This document shows positions 30,582 through 40,950 of a stretch of DNA of 64,000 nucleotides, one piece after another. The stretch is taken from the NCBI GenBank assembly GCA_963739305.1, contig CAVTZU010000028.1, positions 1-64,000 on the forward strand. Reading direction: 5' to 3'. The notes under the pieces are model-generated. The model searched no databases. It saw only the letters and a list, made by a program, of their open reading frames with translations, and was not told the DNA's origin. Each line of letters opens with the position of its first letter. Positions within the stretch are counted from its first letter, which is position 1. Position numbers and translations under genes: made by a program. This DNA is from Candidatus Bathyarchaeota archaeon (GTDB taxonomy: Archaea > Thermoproteota > Bathyarchaeia > Bathyarchaeales > Bathycorpusculaceae).

Positions 30582-32423
30582 TCATTTTTGCGGATGTGCT
30601 TTCCGTAGATTCCACGCCAAAATCTCTGTTCCTATTGCGACAAGAAGCCTGAAAGTGTTCCACAGCCTCTTGATGCTCAAATTATGCGAGAATAGAAAAG
30701 CGAGTCTCTCTATCAGAGAGGAATGATCTGGTTCGCTTAACCACTTCAGATCCACTTCGAGGTTCATCGTCGAATCATCCTGTCTTCCACGTATGACTCG
30801 TATGTACTCAACAGTCTTTTTAGTTGTCTTGAACACGAAACTGACAGTAGCGTCGTCGAGGCTTAATGAGCATTGAATCTTTTGAGGGCCAAGTATTCGG
30901 AGGAACCTCGTCATTTCTAAAGCTTCATGCACCCCCACCTCTCTAGTATACGCTTCTACATGAGGGTCTACCCAAGCCTCAAGAAACGCCTTTATATGCG
31001 GGCCAAAGTTGTCCTTCTGTAACTCATTTCCATTATTCGTCAGGAAACCTACATTAAATGTTCTTTCTCGAATGAAATCTACTAGCACCTTCTTTCTCCT
31101 AGTTCTTTTCTGAAAGACCATCTCCTGATCAATAAACGTGTCCATATTCCAGAACTTTGCCATACAGTAGGTCGCCATCTCTTCAATATTCTCTTTCGAT
31201 AGATGCTTAGTCCTATAGACGGAGTGCATCTCGTCAAAATTGTCCCAGTTGGTCTCGAAGATCAATCCTTGCTTATCCAGTTCCTCATAGAACTCTGTCC
31301 CGGGAAACGGCGTCGCAATGCCGAAGGCGGCAGCCGTCAAACCAATCTCCTTCGCGTAGGTCGGAAAAGCTTTGATCTCCTCCGCCGTTTGATCCGGGAG
31401 GCCAATCACGAATGTGCCGCCTGCTCTGCCGCCGTTTTCACGTATGTTCCGAACTGCTTCCCTATGAACCCTAGTGGTCATGCCCTTTTTGGTTGACTTC
31501 AAATCCTTGGAGTTGGGGCTTTCTATACCCATCTCAAATTTGATTATACCTGCTCCGCACATCTTCTTCACGATCTCCGGGCTTTTGGCCATCGCGTCCG
31601 CTCTAACCAATGCGCAGAATTCTATGTTCAGATCGTGTTCCATCAACAAGTTGCAGAGGCGGTTGACCCTATTCGGGTTACCCATGAAGTTGGGATCGGC
31701 GAAGACGACGCTTAGAGGTCTCCTTTCATGATATTCTGCCATCTCCAGAATCTCTTTCACAACATTTTCTGGTGACCGACATCTCAAACAGCCATGGCTC
31801 ATACTTGGCTCGCAGCAAAAGCTGCAGACTCCATTGCAGCCCCTAGACATCACTATCACGTCGCAATCTGTTGTGCGGTCTTGGCTCTTGTACGAGTACT
31901 GTCTCAAACGCCGGGCTGGAAAAGGAAGAATATCCAGATTTTCAATTCTTGGTCTATCCTCATTGTGGATTATTTTTCCGCCCTTCTTGTAAGAGGCTCC
32001 GAGCACATCCTCAGGAGTGCCCTTCTCCACAAGTTCCCTCATAGTAAGCTCTCCTTCACCGCGAACAACCATGTCGATCTGTGGGCAGGAAAGCATTAAG
32101 TCTGGAACACTTGTCGGGTGATACCCGCCTATGACCGTTGTGGCTCCATTCTTCTTAGCGATCTTCGCGAGACGTAGACCTTGGTTATGCTCCGTTGCGG
32201 ATAACGAAATGCCCACTAGGTCTGGGCAGTAGAGGTTGATCAGGTCTTGGAATGTTCTGTGTTCCATCTCCATGTCAATGATATGAACGTCTTCAACAGT
32301 GTCCTCGATATAAGCCGCAATGTACTCCAAGCCAATAGGTATCAAGTCAAAAGCAAAGCTCAAGCCTTTCCTTCCAGAAGACTTCACCAGCAAGATTCTT
32401 TTAAATGACACTCGAAACACCAA
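30582..32423 (-). CDS. B12-binding radical SAM enzyme with C-terminal extension
   Basis: PIGLEYIAA, GGYHPT, RGEGE, SRGCNGVCSFC, TPFPGT. Confidence 0.9.
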   Translation of the reverse strand: MVFRVSFKRILLVKSSGRKGLSFAFDLIPIGLEYIAAYIEDTVEDVHIIDMEMEHRTFQDLINLYCPDLVGISLSATEHNQGLRLAKIAKKNGATTVIGGYHPTSVPDLMLSCPQIDMVVRGEGELTMRELVEKGTPEDVLGASYKKGGKIIHNEDRPRIENLDILPFPARRLRQYSYKSQDRTTDCDVIVMSRGCNGVCSFCCEPSMSHGCLRCRSPENVVKEILEMAEYHERRPLSVVFADPNFMGNPNRVNRLCNLLMEHDLNIEFCALVRADAMAKSPEIVKKMCGAGIIKFEMGIESPNSKDLKSTKKGMTTRVHREAVRNIRENGGRAGGTFVIGLPDQTAEEIKAFPTYAKEIGLTAAAFGIATPFPGTEFYEELDKQGLIFETNWDNFDEMHSVYRTKHLSKENIEEMATYCMAKFWNMDTFIDQEMVFQKRTRRKKVLVDFIRERTFNVGFLTNNGNELQKDNFGPHIKAFLEAWVDPHVEAYTREVGVHEALEMTRFLRILGPQKIQCSLSLDDATVSFVFKTTKKTVEYIRVIRGRQDDSTMNLEVDLKWLSEPDHSSLIERLAFLFSHNLSIKRLWNTFRLLVAIGTEILAWNLRKAHPQK

Positions 32424-32888
32424 AGTTAATGCGAAAACTATTACGGTAACTTATAAAAACCAATCGCGTTCCAGGCACGCTTAGCCGCTTCAATCTGCCT
32501 TTTCCTTTGATTTTTCCATGTTATTACACGATATTAATATAAGAGATTTTCAAAAGAAAAGTCACTTTCTACTCCTAAGTCAAACCAACTAGCAGTATTG
32601 GAACAGTCAGTATTTCCTTGAAAATCTCTATGTCTCGTTTTACGTTCTGAAATCTCAGTAGCGCGCGCTAAGGTGTACAGGGCGTATACTCGATTTCGAT
32701 AACATCTATCTATAGTAGATTCTGACATATCCTTCCTGTTCCATTAATGTCCATAGGTGTATCCTGAATCAGGTATCCAGTCTTTCGCCATCCATGAGGA
32801 AGCATGTGGATAGTTGTCCGTTAACCGTCGTCCGTCGCGGTCGCCGCCGTGGTTCGCGGTCGTCGTAGTCCGTCCGTCGTGGTTGGTT

Positions 32889-32905
32889 GGATAAAACTTT
32901 ACCCC
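32889..32905 (+). repeat. GGATAAAACTTTACCCC copy 2 with low-complexity flanks
   Basis: left flank (GTC/GGTT)n, right flank (CCCAAA)n. Confidence 0.92.
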
Positions 32906-33030
32906 CAAACCCAAACCCAAAACCCACGGAACCGACAAAGACTAATAATGAGTTGTCCTACGCATCTAGTTGAGGCTTGTCGGTGAGCCTAGGCAGAAAA
33001 ATTTCAAACGCGCGCGCAGCTGTTGGTAGC

Positions 33031-33768
33031 ATGAACAGCAGAATTGTGTTGCTCACTTTGATCTCAACGTTCCTGTTGTTTGCATTGGTTGTGGCAGCAT
33101 CAGCTCAGACGAGGGTAGTAGGCGTTAGTGTGGGAAACAAGTTTAGGTATAGTTTCATCATTAGCTGGAGTTCAAACGACCCGAGTGCTACACCTCCGTC
33201 CTCCCTAATAGATAACAACAATACAGAATGGATGGAGATTTCCGTTACAGGCATTTCTGGCACAAACATAACAGGACAAACGATTCAACATTACAAGAAC
33301 GGGACCGAAACAACCACGGACGTCTGGATAGACTTATACACTGGACCTAGCGGGAATACGTTGCCCTATTTCATTTCAGCCAACCTAGCAGCAGGCGATT
33401 CTGCCTACACTTCGTCTCCATTCAATACTACTTGGATCATGAACGAGACCGTGCCTAGAACGTACATAAGCGGTGCAAGAGACACAAACCACATCAACGC
33501 AACGGCCTCGTATGAGACAGAAAGTTTCCCTACTAACATGTACTGGGACAAGTCGACAGGAGTCTTCGTTGAGTTAATGCAAGAAAACACAAATAAGACA
33601 GACGCATACACTGCAACTTCGTTATTCGACATCCAAATCATCAGTCCAGACCTCTGGACAATCCCCGAGTTTCCCGCATGGATCTCCGCACTGCTTATAC
33701 TCATCGCGCTCACGTCAGCCACAATGGTCATCGCTAGACAAAGACAACCCAAAAGACCCTTCCGCTAA
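33031..33768 (+). CDS. secreted surface protein with PEF-CTERM-like anchor
   Basis: signal peptide, VGVSVGN, many N-x-S/T sequons, YWDKSTG, C-terminal IPEFP + TM + basic tail. Confidence 0.8.
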   Translation: MNSRIVLLTLISTFLLFALVVAASAQTRVVGVSVGNKFRYSFIISWSSNDPSATPPSSLIDNNNTEWMEISVTGISGTNITGQTIQHYKNGTETTTDVWIDLYTGPSGNTLPYFISANLAAGDSAYTSSPFNTTWIMNETVPRTYISGARDTNHINATASYETESFPTNMYWDKSTGVFVELMQENTNKTDAYTATSLFDIQIISPDLWTIPEFPAWISALLILIALTSATMVIARQRQPKRPFR

Positions 33769-34005
33769 ACCTTCTTTCCACAGCGCGCGACCACCAATAG
33801 AACGCAAACACAAAATCAAATACAAATAACCCCTCTTTCCTTTTGTTCGAGATTATGCTTGACCATTATGTCGCGCTCGCATAACGCTCGCGCTCCAACC
33901 CTCAAAAACTGGAAACAACAACTAGAACGCGTTTATAATCTGAAGATAAAACCTTACCTCAACCAATCAAGTGATTTCTTTATAGGGCGAGTCTCTACTG
34001 ATTAC

Positions 34006-34233
34006 ATGGAGATTGAAAGTTTGGATAGAAGAGCCAAACTAATCGGTCTTGGCGTCCTTCTGATCATCAGTGGCATAGTAATTCCATTTCTCTGGGTTAT
34101 TGAGCATCACAACTCACTAAATGGACTGGAAGTGATTACATACGAGTTTCCTCTGCAATACTATGGTGGCGTACTGACAGTCCTTGGCATAATCATAGCT
34201 GTAATAGGGCTGAAATTGAAGGATAAAACGTAA
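34006..34233 (+). CDS. small two-TM membrane protein
   Basis: two hydrophobic helices; start uncertain (track 33859). Confidence 0.55.
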   Translation: MEIESLDRRAKLIGLGVLLIISGIVIPFLWVIEHHNSLNGLEVITYEFPLQYYGGVLTVLGIIIAVIGLKLKDKT

Positions 34234-34304
34234 ACGCGTGCGCGCGCGCTTAAGCCCCTCTGCACCAGGGACCTGAGTGCGCGTTAGCGGGCAATACTTC
34301 GATC

Positions 34305-35102
34305 TTAGGTAGCACCTGTTTCTAAAGTGGTTAAGAGCTGGTCTTCTATCTGTACGTGGTATCTGAAGTGTTCATTCGGGTCCTTTAGCAAGACGTAGGT
34401 CCAGTAGATTCCGAACAACCCAAGAGTTACTAGGTTCAATATGAAGTAGAGAGCAAAGCTTCTGTCAGGCAGTGCCTCCGTTCTTCTTGGCACGGAAAAC
34501 TTGACGCCGCATTTGTCCAGTGTTTTGCTCATGTCTTCCCAGAATCCATCTTCTCTTCTCTCATGCTTGTAGAAGTCCTTCATAAGAAAATACCACACAT
34601 AAAGGGCGGCGATACCCGTGATCACCGACAGAATAGCCCAAAGCACCGCGTTTTTCTCGGTCTCCTCCGCCTTGACTTCTCTCACAGTCCTATCGCCAGA
34701 TGCCAAACCAACTTCCACATCGACACCCTTTCTAGTCGCTATTGCTTTCACTGCGGCCACAACATCCTCAAAAAGGAAAATCTGCCTCTTGAAATGGGCA
34801 TTACGCCTTCGAACCAGCCTGTATATGAGTATTAGATCCACAATGAAACTGACTCCGATAACTACATACACCAATGCTATGATTCCGAAAATACCCGGCA
34901 AAAATTGAGATGCAGAAAACTGACCTGGACTGGAAGTCACCGTTCCAACCGCGAAAAAGAAGGCACCGATGACCAGCGCAAATATCAAGAAACCCATAAT
35001 GAAGGGGAGGAGATAAATGAGTATCCATGCACTCGACATCATCGAGTCGGTCTCCACACGCATCCGAATATCTTTCTTTATGTTTTCATTTTCAACACTC
35101 AA
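34305..35102 (-). CDS. DUF4234-like membrane protein
   Basis: LYFILNLVTLGLFGIYWTY, RRRNAHF, DPNEHF. Confidence 0.7.
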   Translation of the reverse strand: MSVENENIKKDIRMRVETDSMMSSAWILIYLLPFIMGFLIFALVIGAFFFAVGTVTSSPGQFSASQFLPGIFGIIALVYVVIGVSFIVDLILIYRLVRRRNAHFKRQIFLFEDVVAAVKAIATRKGVDVEVGLASGDRTVREVKAEETEKNAVLWAILSVITGIAALYVWYFLMKDFYKHERREDGFWEDMSKTLDKCGVKFSVPRRTEALPDRSFALYFILNLVTLGLFGIYWTYVLLKDPNEHFRYHVQIEDQLLTTLETGAT

Positions 35103-35206
35103 TCTATTCGCCCCTTTTCGATGAATACATATCCTATCCGACGATTAAAAGTTTTTGACAAAACTACCGCGCGCTGAGTAAGAGAGAGTAAAATAGAGTG
35201 GGTTTG

Positions 35207-35223
35207 GGATAAAACTTTACCCC
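35207..35223 (+). repeat. GGATAAAACTTTACCCC copy 3
   Basis: TTGGGATAAA-AC-TTTACCCCAA, 9/10 arm match. Confidence 0.92.
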
Positions 35224-35343
35224 AACAGCCAGACGACGTTGCAGAAAGGTTATTGCTGGAAGATCGAGTCAAGCGGGTTTATATGAAAATTTATGAAAAA
35301 CCAATTTAGAAATGTGGCTATAAAAAGGATGGAAAAAGGAGCT

Positions 35344-36648
35344 TTATGGTCCTTTCTTGGTGATTTCTTTCACGATGCCCGCGGCCACTGTTGTGCCCAT
35401 GTCCCGTACTGCGAAACGCCCAAGCTCTTCAAATTCCACGAAGGTTTCCATTGCAATTGGGTGAAGCGGTTCCATCTTTACGATAGCCGCGTCTCCCGTC
35501 TTCAGGAACGCAGGTTTCTCTTCGACGACTTGTCCTGTACGTGGGTCGATCTTTCTGATTAGCTCCGTGAATTTGCATGCGATTTGTCCTGTGTGGTAGT
35601 GCAACACTGGCGTGTATCCGGCTGCGACAGCCGTCGGGTGGTAGATTACGATTATCTGTCCGATGAACTCCTTGACTACCGTTGGTGGGCTCGACACGTG
35701 TCCGCATACGTCTCCGCGGTGAATGTCTGTTTTTGCGACTCCTCGAATGTTGAAACCGATGTTGTCGCCTGGTTCGGCCTTCGGGATTCTTTCATGGTGC
35801 ATTTCGAGCGATTTCACTTCGCCTTGTTTGTTCGAGGGCATGAAGATTACGATGTCGTTTTCTTTGATTATGCCAGTCTCAACTCTGCCAACTGGGACGG
35901 TACCTACTCCTGTGATGCTGTAGACATCTTGGATTGGTACCCGCAGCGGTTTGTTCGTGGGTTTTGACGGCACTTCAAACGTGTCCAGAGCTTCGATCAG
36001 TGTCGGTCCGATGTACCATGGCATCTTTTCGCTCTTCTTGACGAGGTTTTCGCCTGTCCAGCCTGAGGTTGGCACGAACGGAATCTTTTCGATCTTGAAG
36101 CCTACCATCTTTAGCATTCTGCTGACTTCGTTCTTGATTTCATTGTAGCGTTCTTGGCTGTAGTTGACGGAGACGTCGTCCATCTTGTTGACGGCGACGA
36201 CTAGTTGTCGTACTCCTAGTGTGAACGCGAGGAATGCGTGTTCTCTGGTTTGTCCGCCTGGTCCGATGCCTGCTTCGAATTCTCCTCTTCTAGCTGAGCA
36301 GAACAGGACGGCACCGTCAGCTTGGCTGGCGCCCGTGATCATGTTTTTTACGAAGTCTCTGTGACCGGGTGCGTCGATGACTGTGAAGTAGAATTTCTTG
36401 GTTTCGAACTTTAGGAATCGAAGGTCGATGGTTACTCCTCGTTCTCTTTCCTCTTTGAGGTTGTCGAGGACCCATGCAAACTTGAAGCTTTCTTTTCCTG
36501 CTGCCTTTGCTTCTTCTTCGAACTGCTTTATGGTTCTCTCGTCGACTGCTCCCGCAAGGTATAGCAGGTGTCCTGTGGTTGTGGATTTTCCGTGGTCAAC
36601 GTGACCCATGATGACGAGGTTTAGGTGTGGCTTTCCGACTTTGCTCAT
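35344..36648 (-). CDS. tuf: translation elongation factor EF-1 alpha
   Basis: [39 protein letters not shown]; ATG after SD GGAGGAG. Confidence 0.98.
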   Translation of the reverse strand: MSKVGKPHLNLVIMGHVDHGKSTTTGHLLYLAGAVDERTIKQFEEEAKAAGKESFKFAWVLDNLKEERERGVTIDLRFLKFETKKFYFTVIDAPGHRDFVKNMITGASQADGAVLFCSARRGEFEAGIGPGGQTREHAFLAFTLGVRQLVVAVNKMDDVSVNYSQERYNEIKNEVSRMLKMVGFKIEKIPFVPTSGWTGENLVKKSEKMPWYIGPTLIEALDTFEVPSKPTNKPLRVPIQDVYSITGVGTVPVGRVETGIIKENDIVIFMPSNKQGEVKSLEMHHERIPKAEPGDNIGFNIRGVAKTDIHRGDVCGHVSSPPTVVKEFIGQIIVIYHPTAVAAGYTPVLHYHTGQIACKFTELIRKIDPRTGQVVEEKPAFLKTGDAAIVKMEPLHPIAMETFVEFEELGRFAVRDMGTTVAAGIVKEITKKGP

Positions 36649-36874
36649 TTCTTCTCCTCCTATTTTCAATAATTTCCTCTAGATTTTAGTGATTTCGTTA
36701 ACACAACTGTTCGATCAGTTATTTTAAGTTTGCCGAGGTTAAAGGTCACTTTGCGTTATTGGATACAAATGGAAACATCGCTGATTCGCGCAGCAAACTT
36801 CCTTTGTTAAGTCTTCCGTTATGACGTCTTAACCGAGTAAAAACGACGATCGGCCATCGTTCTGGTCAGACTGA

Positions 36875-37357
36875 CTACATCATAAAACCATTTCTTGTGA
36901 GAACTATTGCAGTTCCTTTCCTCACAATCGTATTGCATGAAAATTCAACTCCGCCTATACTGAGAGCATCTTTGGTTGCTACGATCGCATGTGGATACCC
37001 TTCAATATGAAAAACGCCATTGACCTCAACCTCAGTTGGTTTGTGAAAGATTAGTTCGAAAATCTTTGCGTTATCACTTTTTCTTGTCAAGGTCATTTTC
37101 TTGATATCGTTCCCTTCCCGTTCCTCTTTGCCTTCGTAGTCCTTATGAATATGAACGAATGAGGTTGACTTGTACACTTTTCCCAACAAATCATTTTTGT
37201 CATCTCTTATTTCAACGTCTATCATAGGTTTAGAATCTGAGGCTCGCAACTCATATTTGAAAAGTTGCTTGTCTTTCCCATTGTCTCTGAAAACTATTGG
37301 TACGTCTACACCAATCAAGCGATTGCTTCCAAAAAGAACGGTAATCAATGATTTCAC
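36875..37357 (-). CDS. hypothetical protein
   Basis: 160-aa ORF with upstream BRE/TATA-like repeat. Confidence 0.7.
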   Translation of the reverse strand: MKSLITVLFGSNRLIGVDVPIVFRDNGKDKQLFKYELRASDSKPMIDVEIRDDKNDLLGKVYKSTSFVHIHKDYEGKEEREGNDIKKMTLTRKSDNAKIFELIFHKPTEVEVNGVFHIEGYPHAIVATKDALSIGGVEFSCNTIVRKGTAIVLTRNGFMM

Positions 37358-37377
37358 CGAGAGTTACTATTCTCTTT

Positions 37378-37415
37378 GTTCAGCTATAACTTTTCCGCAA
37401 AACCAGAAACTGACT
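37378..37415 (-). promoter_or_regulatory. 38-bp direct repeat copy 1 (BRE/TATA-like GCGGAAAAGTTATA on - strand)
   Basis: 34/38 identical to 37849-37886. Confidence 0.7.
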
Positions 37416-37456
37416 AAGAACCGATAAAAAAGTTGTCTATTGGGGTTGTTCTTAGC

Positions 37457-37801
37457 TTATGCAACGGTATTCCATATTGACTGCGTAATAGGCGTGTGGT
37501 GGTCTTTTATTTTGTGCCATTCTGTCATAAGCTCCTTGATCTCTTTGTGCTCGAAAATTCTCTTCTCCCACTTCTTCATGTCTTCCATGCTTTTGAATTC
37601 ACACATTTCAACGTATGTGCCAGCTACTCCACCGTATTCTTGCTCGAAAATTCGCCACGATATCAGTCCTTCAAAAACCTTCGAGTCTGCCTTCATAATT
37701 TTTCGGAATTTTTTCATCAAAGCCTGAAATTCTGCTCGCTTTCCATCTTTGATCCCGCATGTTAAAACAAAGACGATACCCATATTTCTGTTCACCTCCA
37801 C
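37457..37801 (-). CDS. ABM/NIPSNAP-like dimeric alpha-beta barrel protein
   Basis: IKDGKRAEF...TYVEMCEFKSMEDMKKWE pattern. Confidence 0.6.
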   Translation of the reverse strand: MEVNRNMGIVFVLTCGIKDGKRAEFQALMKKFRKIMKADSKVFEGLISWRIFEQEYGGVAGTYVEMCEFKSMEDMKKWEKRIFEHKEIKELMTEWHKIKDHHTPITQSIWNTVA

Positions 37802-37848
37802 ATCTTGCTATTCGTTCACGCTAGGTCAAACTCTAAGTATATTGTCTG

Positions 37849-37886
37849 GTTCACCTATAGCTTTTCCGCAAAACCAAAAACTGGCT
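37849..37886 (-). promoter_or_regulatory. 38-bp direct repeat copy 2
   Basis: GTTCACCTATAGCTTTTCCGCAAAACCAAAAACTGGCT. Confidence 0.7.
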
Positions 37887-38048
37887 TGAAAACATTCCTA
37901 GAGGAGTCTTTTACCGTTTTTCGGGTTTGTGTTTTTCTCTTATTCTTTTTTGGTGTAGTTCCATCGTATGCTTTCTTGGCAATTCTTTCTCGCACACCGT
38001 CAGAGATTTGAGACAAATTCTTAAGGCGTATAAGGCTCTTATTCAAAC

Positions 38049-39620
38049 ATGGCTAAGACCGCATTCGCCTTTAACACGTTGTATTATGGCGATAACCTAG
38101 AAGTTCTTAGAAAGCATTTTTTAGATAACTCTGTTGACCTCGTTTATCTCGACCCACCATTCAATAGCAAAGCTGACTATAACATTCTTTTCAAAGAATC
38201 GACAGGTGAGCAATCAGTAGCCCAGATTCAAGCGTTTAGCGATTTTTGGCATTGGGATAAGAATGCAGAGAGCACGTACTTGGAGATTCAAGAAGATCCG
38301 AACCTAACAGAGATGGTTCAGTTTCTCAAAGCACATCTGGGCAGAAACGACATGATGGCGTACCTTGTAATGATGATAGTAAGGCTAAAAGAACTTCACA
38401 GAGTGCTTGAGCTCACAGGTTCTTTGTATCTTCATTGTGATACAAACGCGAGCCACTACCTCAAATTAGTGCTTGACTCGATTTTTGGGCCTAGGAACTT
38501 TCGGAATGAAATCATCTGGAAGCGCGTCACTGCCCACTCAGATGCGGAAAGGTATGGCAGAGTTGCAGATCGATTACTTTTCTATTCCAAGACTGACGGA
38601 TACAAATTCAACAGACAGAGCAGGGCTCGCAAAGAAGACTACATAAAGACAAAGTTCTCTCATGTAGACAAAGAAGGCAGACATTTCAGACTCGATAATC
38701 TAAATCCGCCTGGAGGTCGAGGACCTATTTACGAGTTTCACGGGATAACCAGACCCTGGAGATTCACGCAAGAAAAGATGCTGCAACTTGAAAAGCAAGG
38801 TCTGATTTATACTAAATCAAGAATACCGCAACTTGTACGATACTTAGATGAGCTTGAAGCGAAAGGCGGAGCAGCGGTGCATGAGATTTGGGACGATATT
38901 CCGCCTATCAATTCAATGGCTAAGGAACGGATGGGCTTTCAGACGCAGAAACCGATACCGTTGCTTGAACGAATCATTTCGGCGAGCAGCAACGAGGGCG
39001 ATTTGGTTCTTGATCCATTCTGTGGTTGCGGAACGACTATCATGGCTGCTCAAAAACTGAAAAGAACATGGATAGGAATAGACATAACGCACCTGGCAAT
39101 TTCACTCATCAGATCACGACTTAAAGAAATTCATATAGTGGCTAACAAGGACTATAAAATCATTGGCGAACCTGCCGATTTTGAAAGTGCGAGAGAACTA
39201 GCAGAAACAAATCCGTATCAGTTTCAGTGGTGGGCTCTTTCGTTGATTGATGCAAGACCTGCTGGACAAACAAACGAGAGTCAACAAGGAAAGAAGGGTG
39301 CAGACAAGGGCATAGATGGATGGTTGACTTTCCGAGAGACTGACAATCTAAATCTGAAAAGAATAGTGATTCAAGTGAAGGGTGGAACACATATAGGTGC
39401 TCAGATTGTGAGAGACTTAATCGGAACGGTTCAAGCTACTAAATCAGCAATGGGCATACTCATAACTTTGTATGAACCCACAGAACAGATGAAGCAAGCA
39501 GCGATGGAAGCAGAATACTACGAATCGCCAACATGGGGACACAAATACCCAAAGATTCAGATAATGACAATTCCCGAACTGCTTAAGGGCTCGAAACCCA
39601 TTCTGCCACACACTCACTGA
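38049..39620 (+). CDS. N6-A/N4-C DNA methyltransferase (beta class) fused to Mrr-like PD-(D/E)XK domain
   Basis: LYYGDNL, YLDPPF, TQKP, DPFCGCGTT; C-terminal ADKGIDG...IQVKGG. Confidence 0.9.
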   Translation: MAKTAFAFNTLYYGDNLEVLRKHFLDNSVDLVYLDPPFNSKADYNILFKESTGEQSVAQIQAFSDFWHWDKNAESTYLEIQEDPNLTEMVQFLKAHLGRNDMMAYLVMMIVRLKELHRVLELTGSLYLHCDTNASHYLKLVLDSIFGPRNFRNEIIWKRVTAHSDAERYGRVADRLLFYSKTDGYKFNRQSRARKEDYIKTKFSHVDKEGRHFRLDNLNPPGGRGPIYEFHGITRPWRFTQEKMLQLEKQGLIYTKSRIPQLVRYLDELEAKGGAAVHEIWDDIPPINSMAKERMGFQTQKPIPLLERIISASSNEGDLVLDPFCGCGTTIMAAQKLKRTWIGIDITHLAISLIRSRLKEIHIVANKDYKIIGEPADFESARELAETNPYQFQWWALSLIDARPAGQTNESQQGKKGADKGIDGWLTFRETDNLNLKRIVIQVKGGTHIGAQIVRDLIGTVQATKSAMGILITLYEPTEQMKQAAMEAEYYESPTWGHKYPKIQIMTIPELLKGSKPILPHTH

Positions 39621-39728
39621 AACATAAGTACTATTCTTAAAGAAAATCGCGTATGCCTAAGACTATTTCACGTTCAAAGTCTGCCCAAAGGTTTTATTTC
39701 TCTAATGACAGTCTAATGAATGGTTTGA

Positions 39729-40541
39729 ATGGAAGACAAAATAGCGGCATATCAACAGCGACGGAAAGATCGAACAAGATCTTTGAGGATAATAGTCGTA
39801 TTTTGGGCAGCCTATGTGACCATAGCCACCTTAGTAACGTATTATGAACGCGTTACTTTCTACATTTTTTCTCAATCGGATATATAGGAGCATTTGTAAC
39901 ATTTTTTGCGTTTTTGAAAGCCCACTCTCCAGAAAAGTATGAAATCAGGATAAGTTATGATTTCTCAACAGCAATGTCATTTCTGAAGATGAGTGAAAAG
40001 GAAAAAGGACGAGCAGCAGGTCGTCATAGAAGGAAGGCTGCCAACTACATCAGAAGTGCGCTGGACTGGGTGAGTAGGCTCTCAAACCTCGCTGAACGCT
40101 CTGAGATAATGGAAAAAGAGATGTGTGAAAGACTCGAGACATTCAGAGTCGATGTTGAGAAATTCGTTTTGCCGCGAATAGCAATTCAAGAAGACGCAAA
40201 TCGTCTTGAACCAATGCTCAGTGGATTTTCCAAATTCTTCGCAGATCAATGGGAATCATATGGAATGAAACAACTTGACGAGATAAACAAGAATGTCCAA
40301 AGTTTGGGCAATCCTTCAAAACAATTGGGAACTTTTCGGACTGCCTTGCGTAGTTTTGTCAAATATAAAGCCGATAACTCTGCTTCTTTCGTCGATTCTA
40401 GGCTTTGGCGCAGCAACTGCCATCATTTTAGGCATTCTCACTGTTGACGCATTTGGATGGATCAGATCGAACGTTGGTTCTTTCATACTTGCTGGTACTG
40501 CACTAAGTGCATCTATCGCAGGGATATTCACGAGAAGCTAG
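39729..40541 (+). pseudogene. membrane protein split by two frameshifts
   Basis: MEDKIAAY..TM joins the 39914 frame via a T-run near 39865; a second shift near 40365 adds two C-terminal TMs. Confidence 0.55.
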
Positions 40542-40653
40542 AAGCGGGCATGCTTTCATGTTCATTTTTACTTAGGTCTCTCTCAGTTTGCTTAATGTCG
40601 TTTCGGGAAAGGTCTTTTATCTGAAAATCGGGGCAGGTTTCATTGTGGGCTTG

Positions 40654-40857
40654 ATGGAGACAAAACAGAAAGCAATACTTCATTATCTTCAGAACGAACC
40701 GGTTGAAATTCCAAAAGACGATCTGTTCGTCAGCATAACCCTTCACAGATTGCCCGCGACGTTGGTGCGGTTGTTCGCTTTGAAAGTTGCGTATCAATAT
40801 CCCGGCGGAATAAGCGAAGCAATCCAAGACCTAATGAAGAAAGCAATCAGAGATTGA
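40654..40857 (+). CDS. small ribbon-helix-helix-like DNA-binding protein
   Basis: VSITLHRLPATLVRLF...GISEAIQDLMKKAI (strand-helix-helix pattern). Confidence 0.55.
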   Translation: METKQKAILHYLQNEPVEIPKDDLFVSITLHRLPATLVRLFALKVAYQYPGGISEAIQDLMKKAIRD

Positions 40858-40950
40858 TATTTACTGCGCGCAAAACAGGCCCAAACTGTGCCAGAACAGC
40901 GGTATTCTGCCAAGTTTTCTGGTTACGAAGCGTTCTTGAGCTTACCTACC

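Noticed and set aside
28832-30726. Track ORFs 28832-29365, 29727-30040 and 30196-30726
   Set aside because: No recognisable motifs; they cross repeat junctions or overlap other genes and are probably decayed fragments.
29925-35223. 17-mer repeats as a CRISPR array
   Set aside because: Too short, kb-scale spacing, no cas genes.
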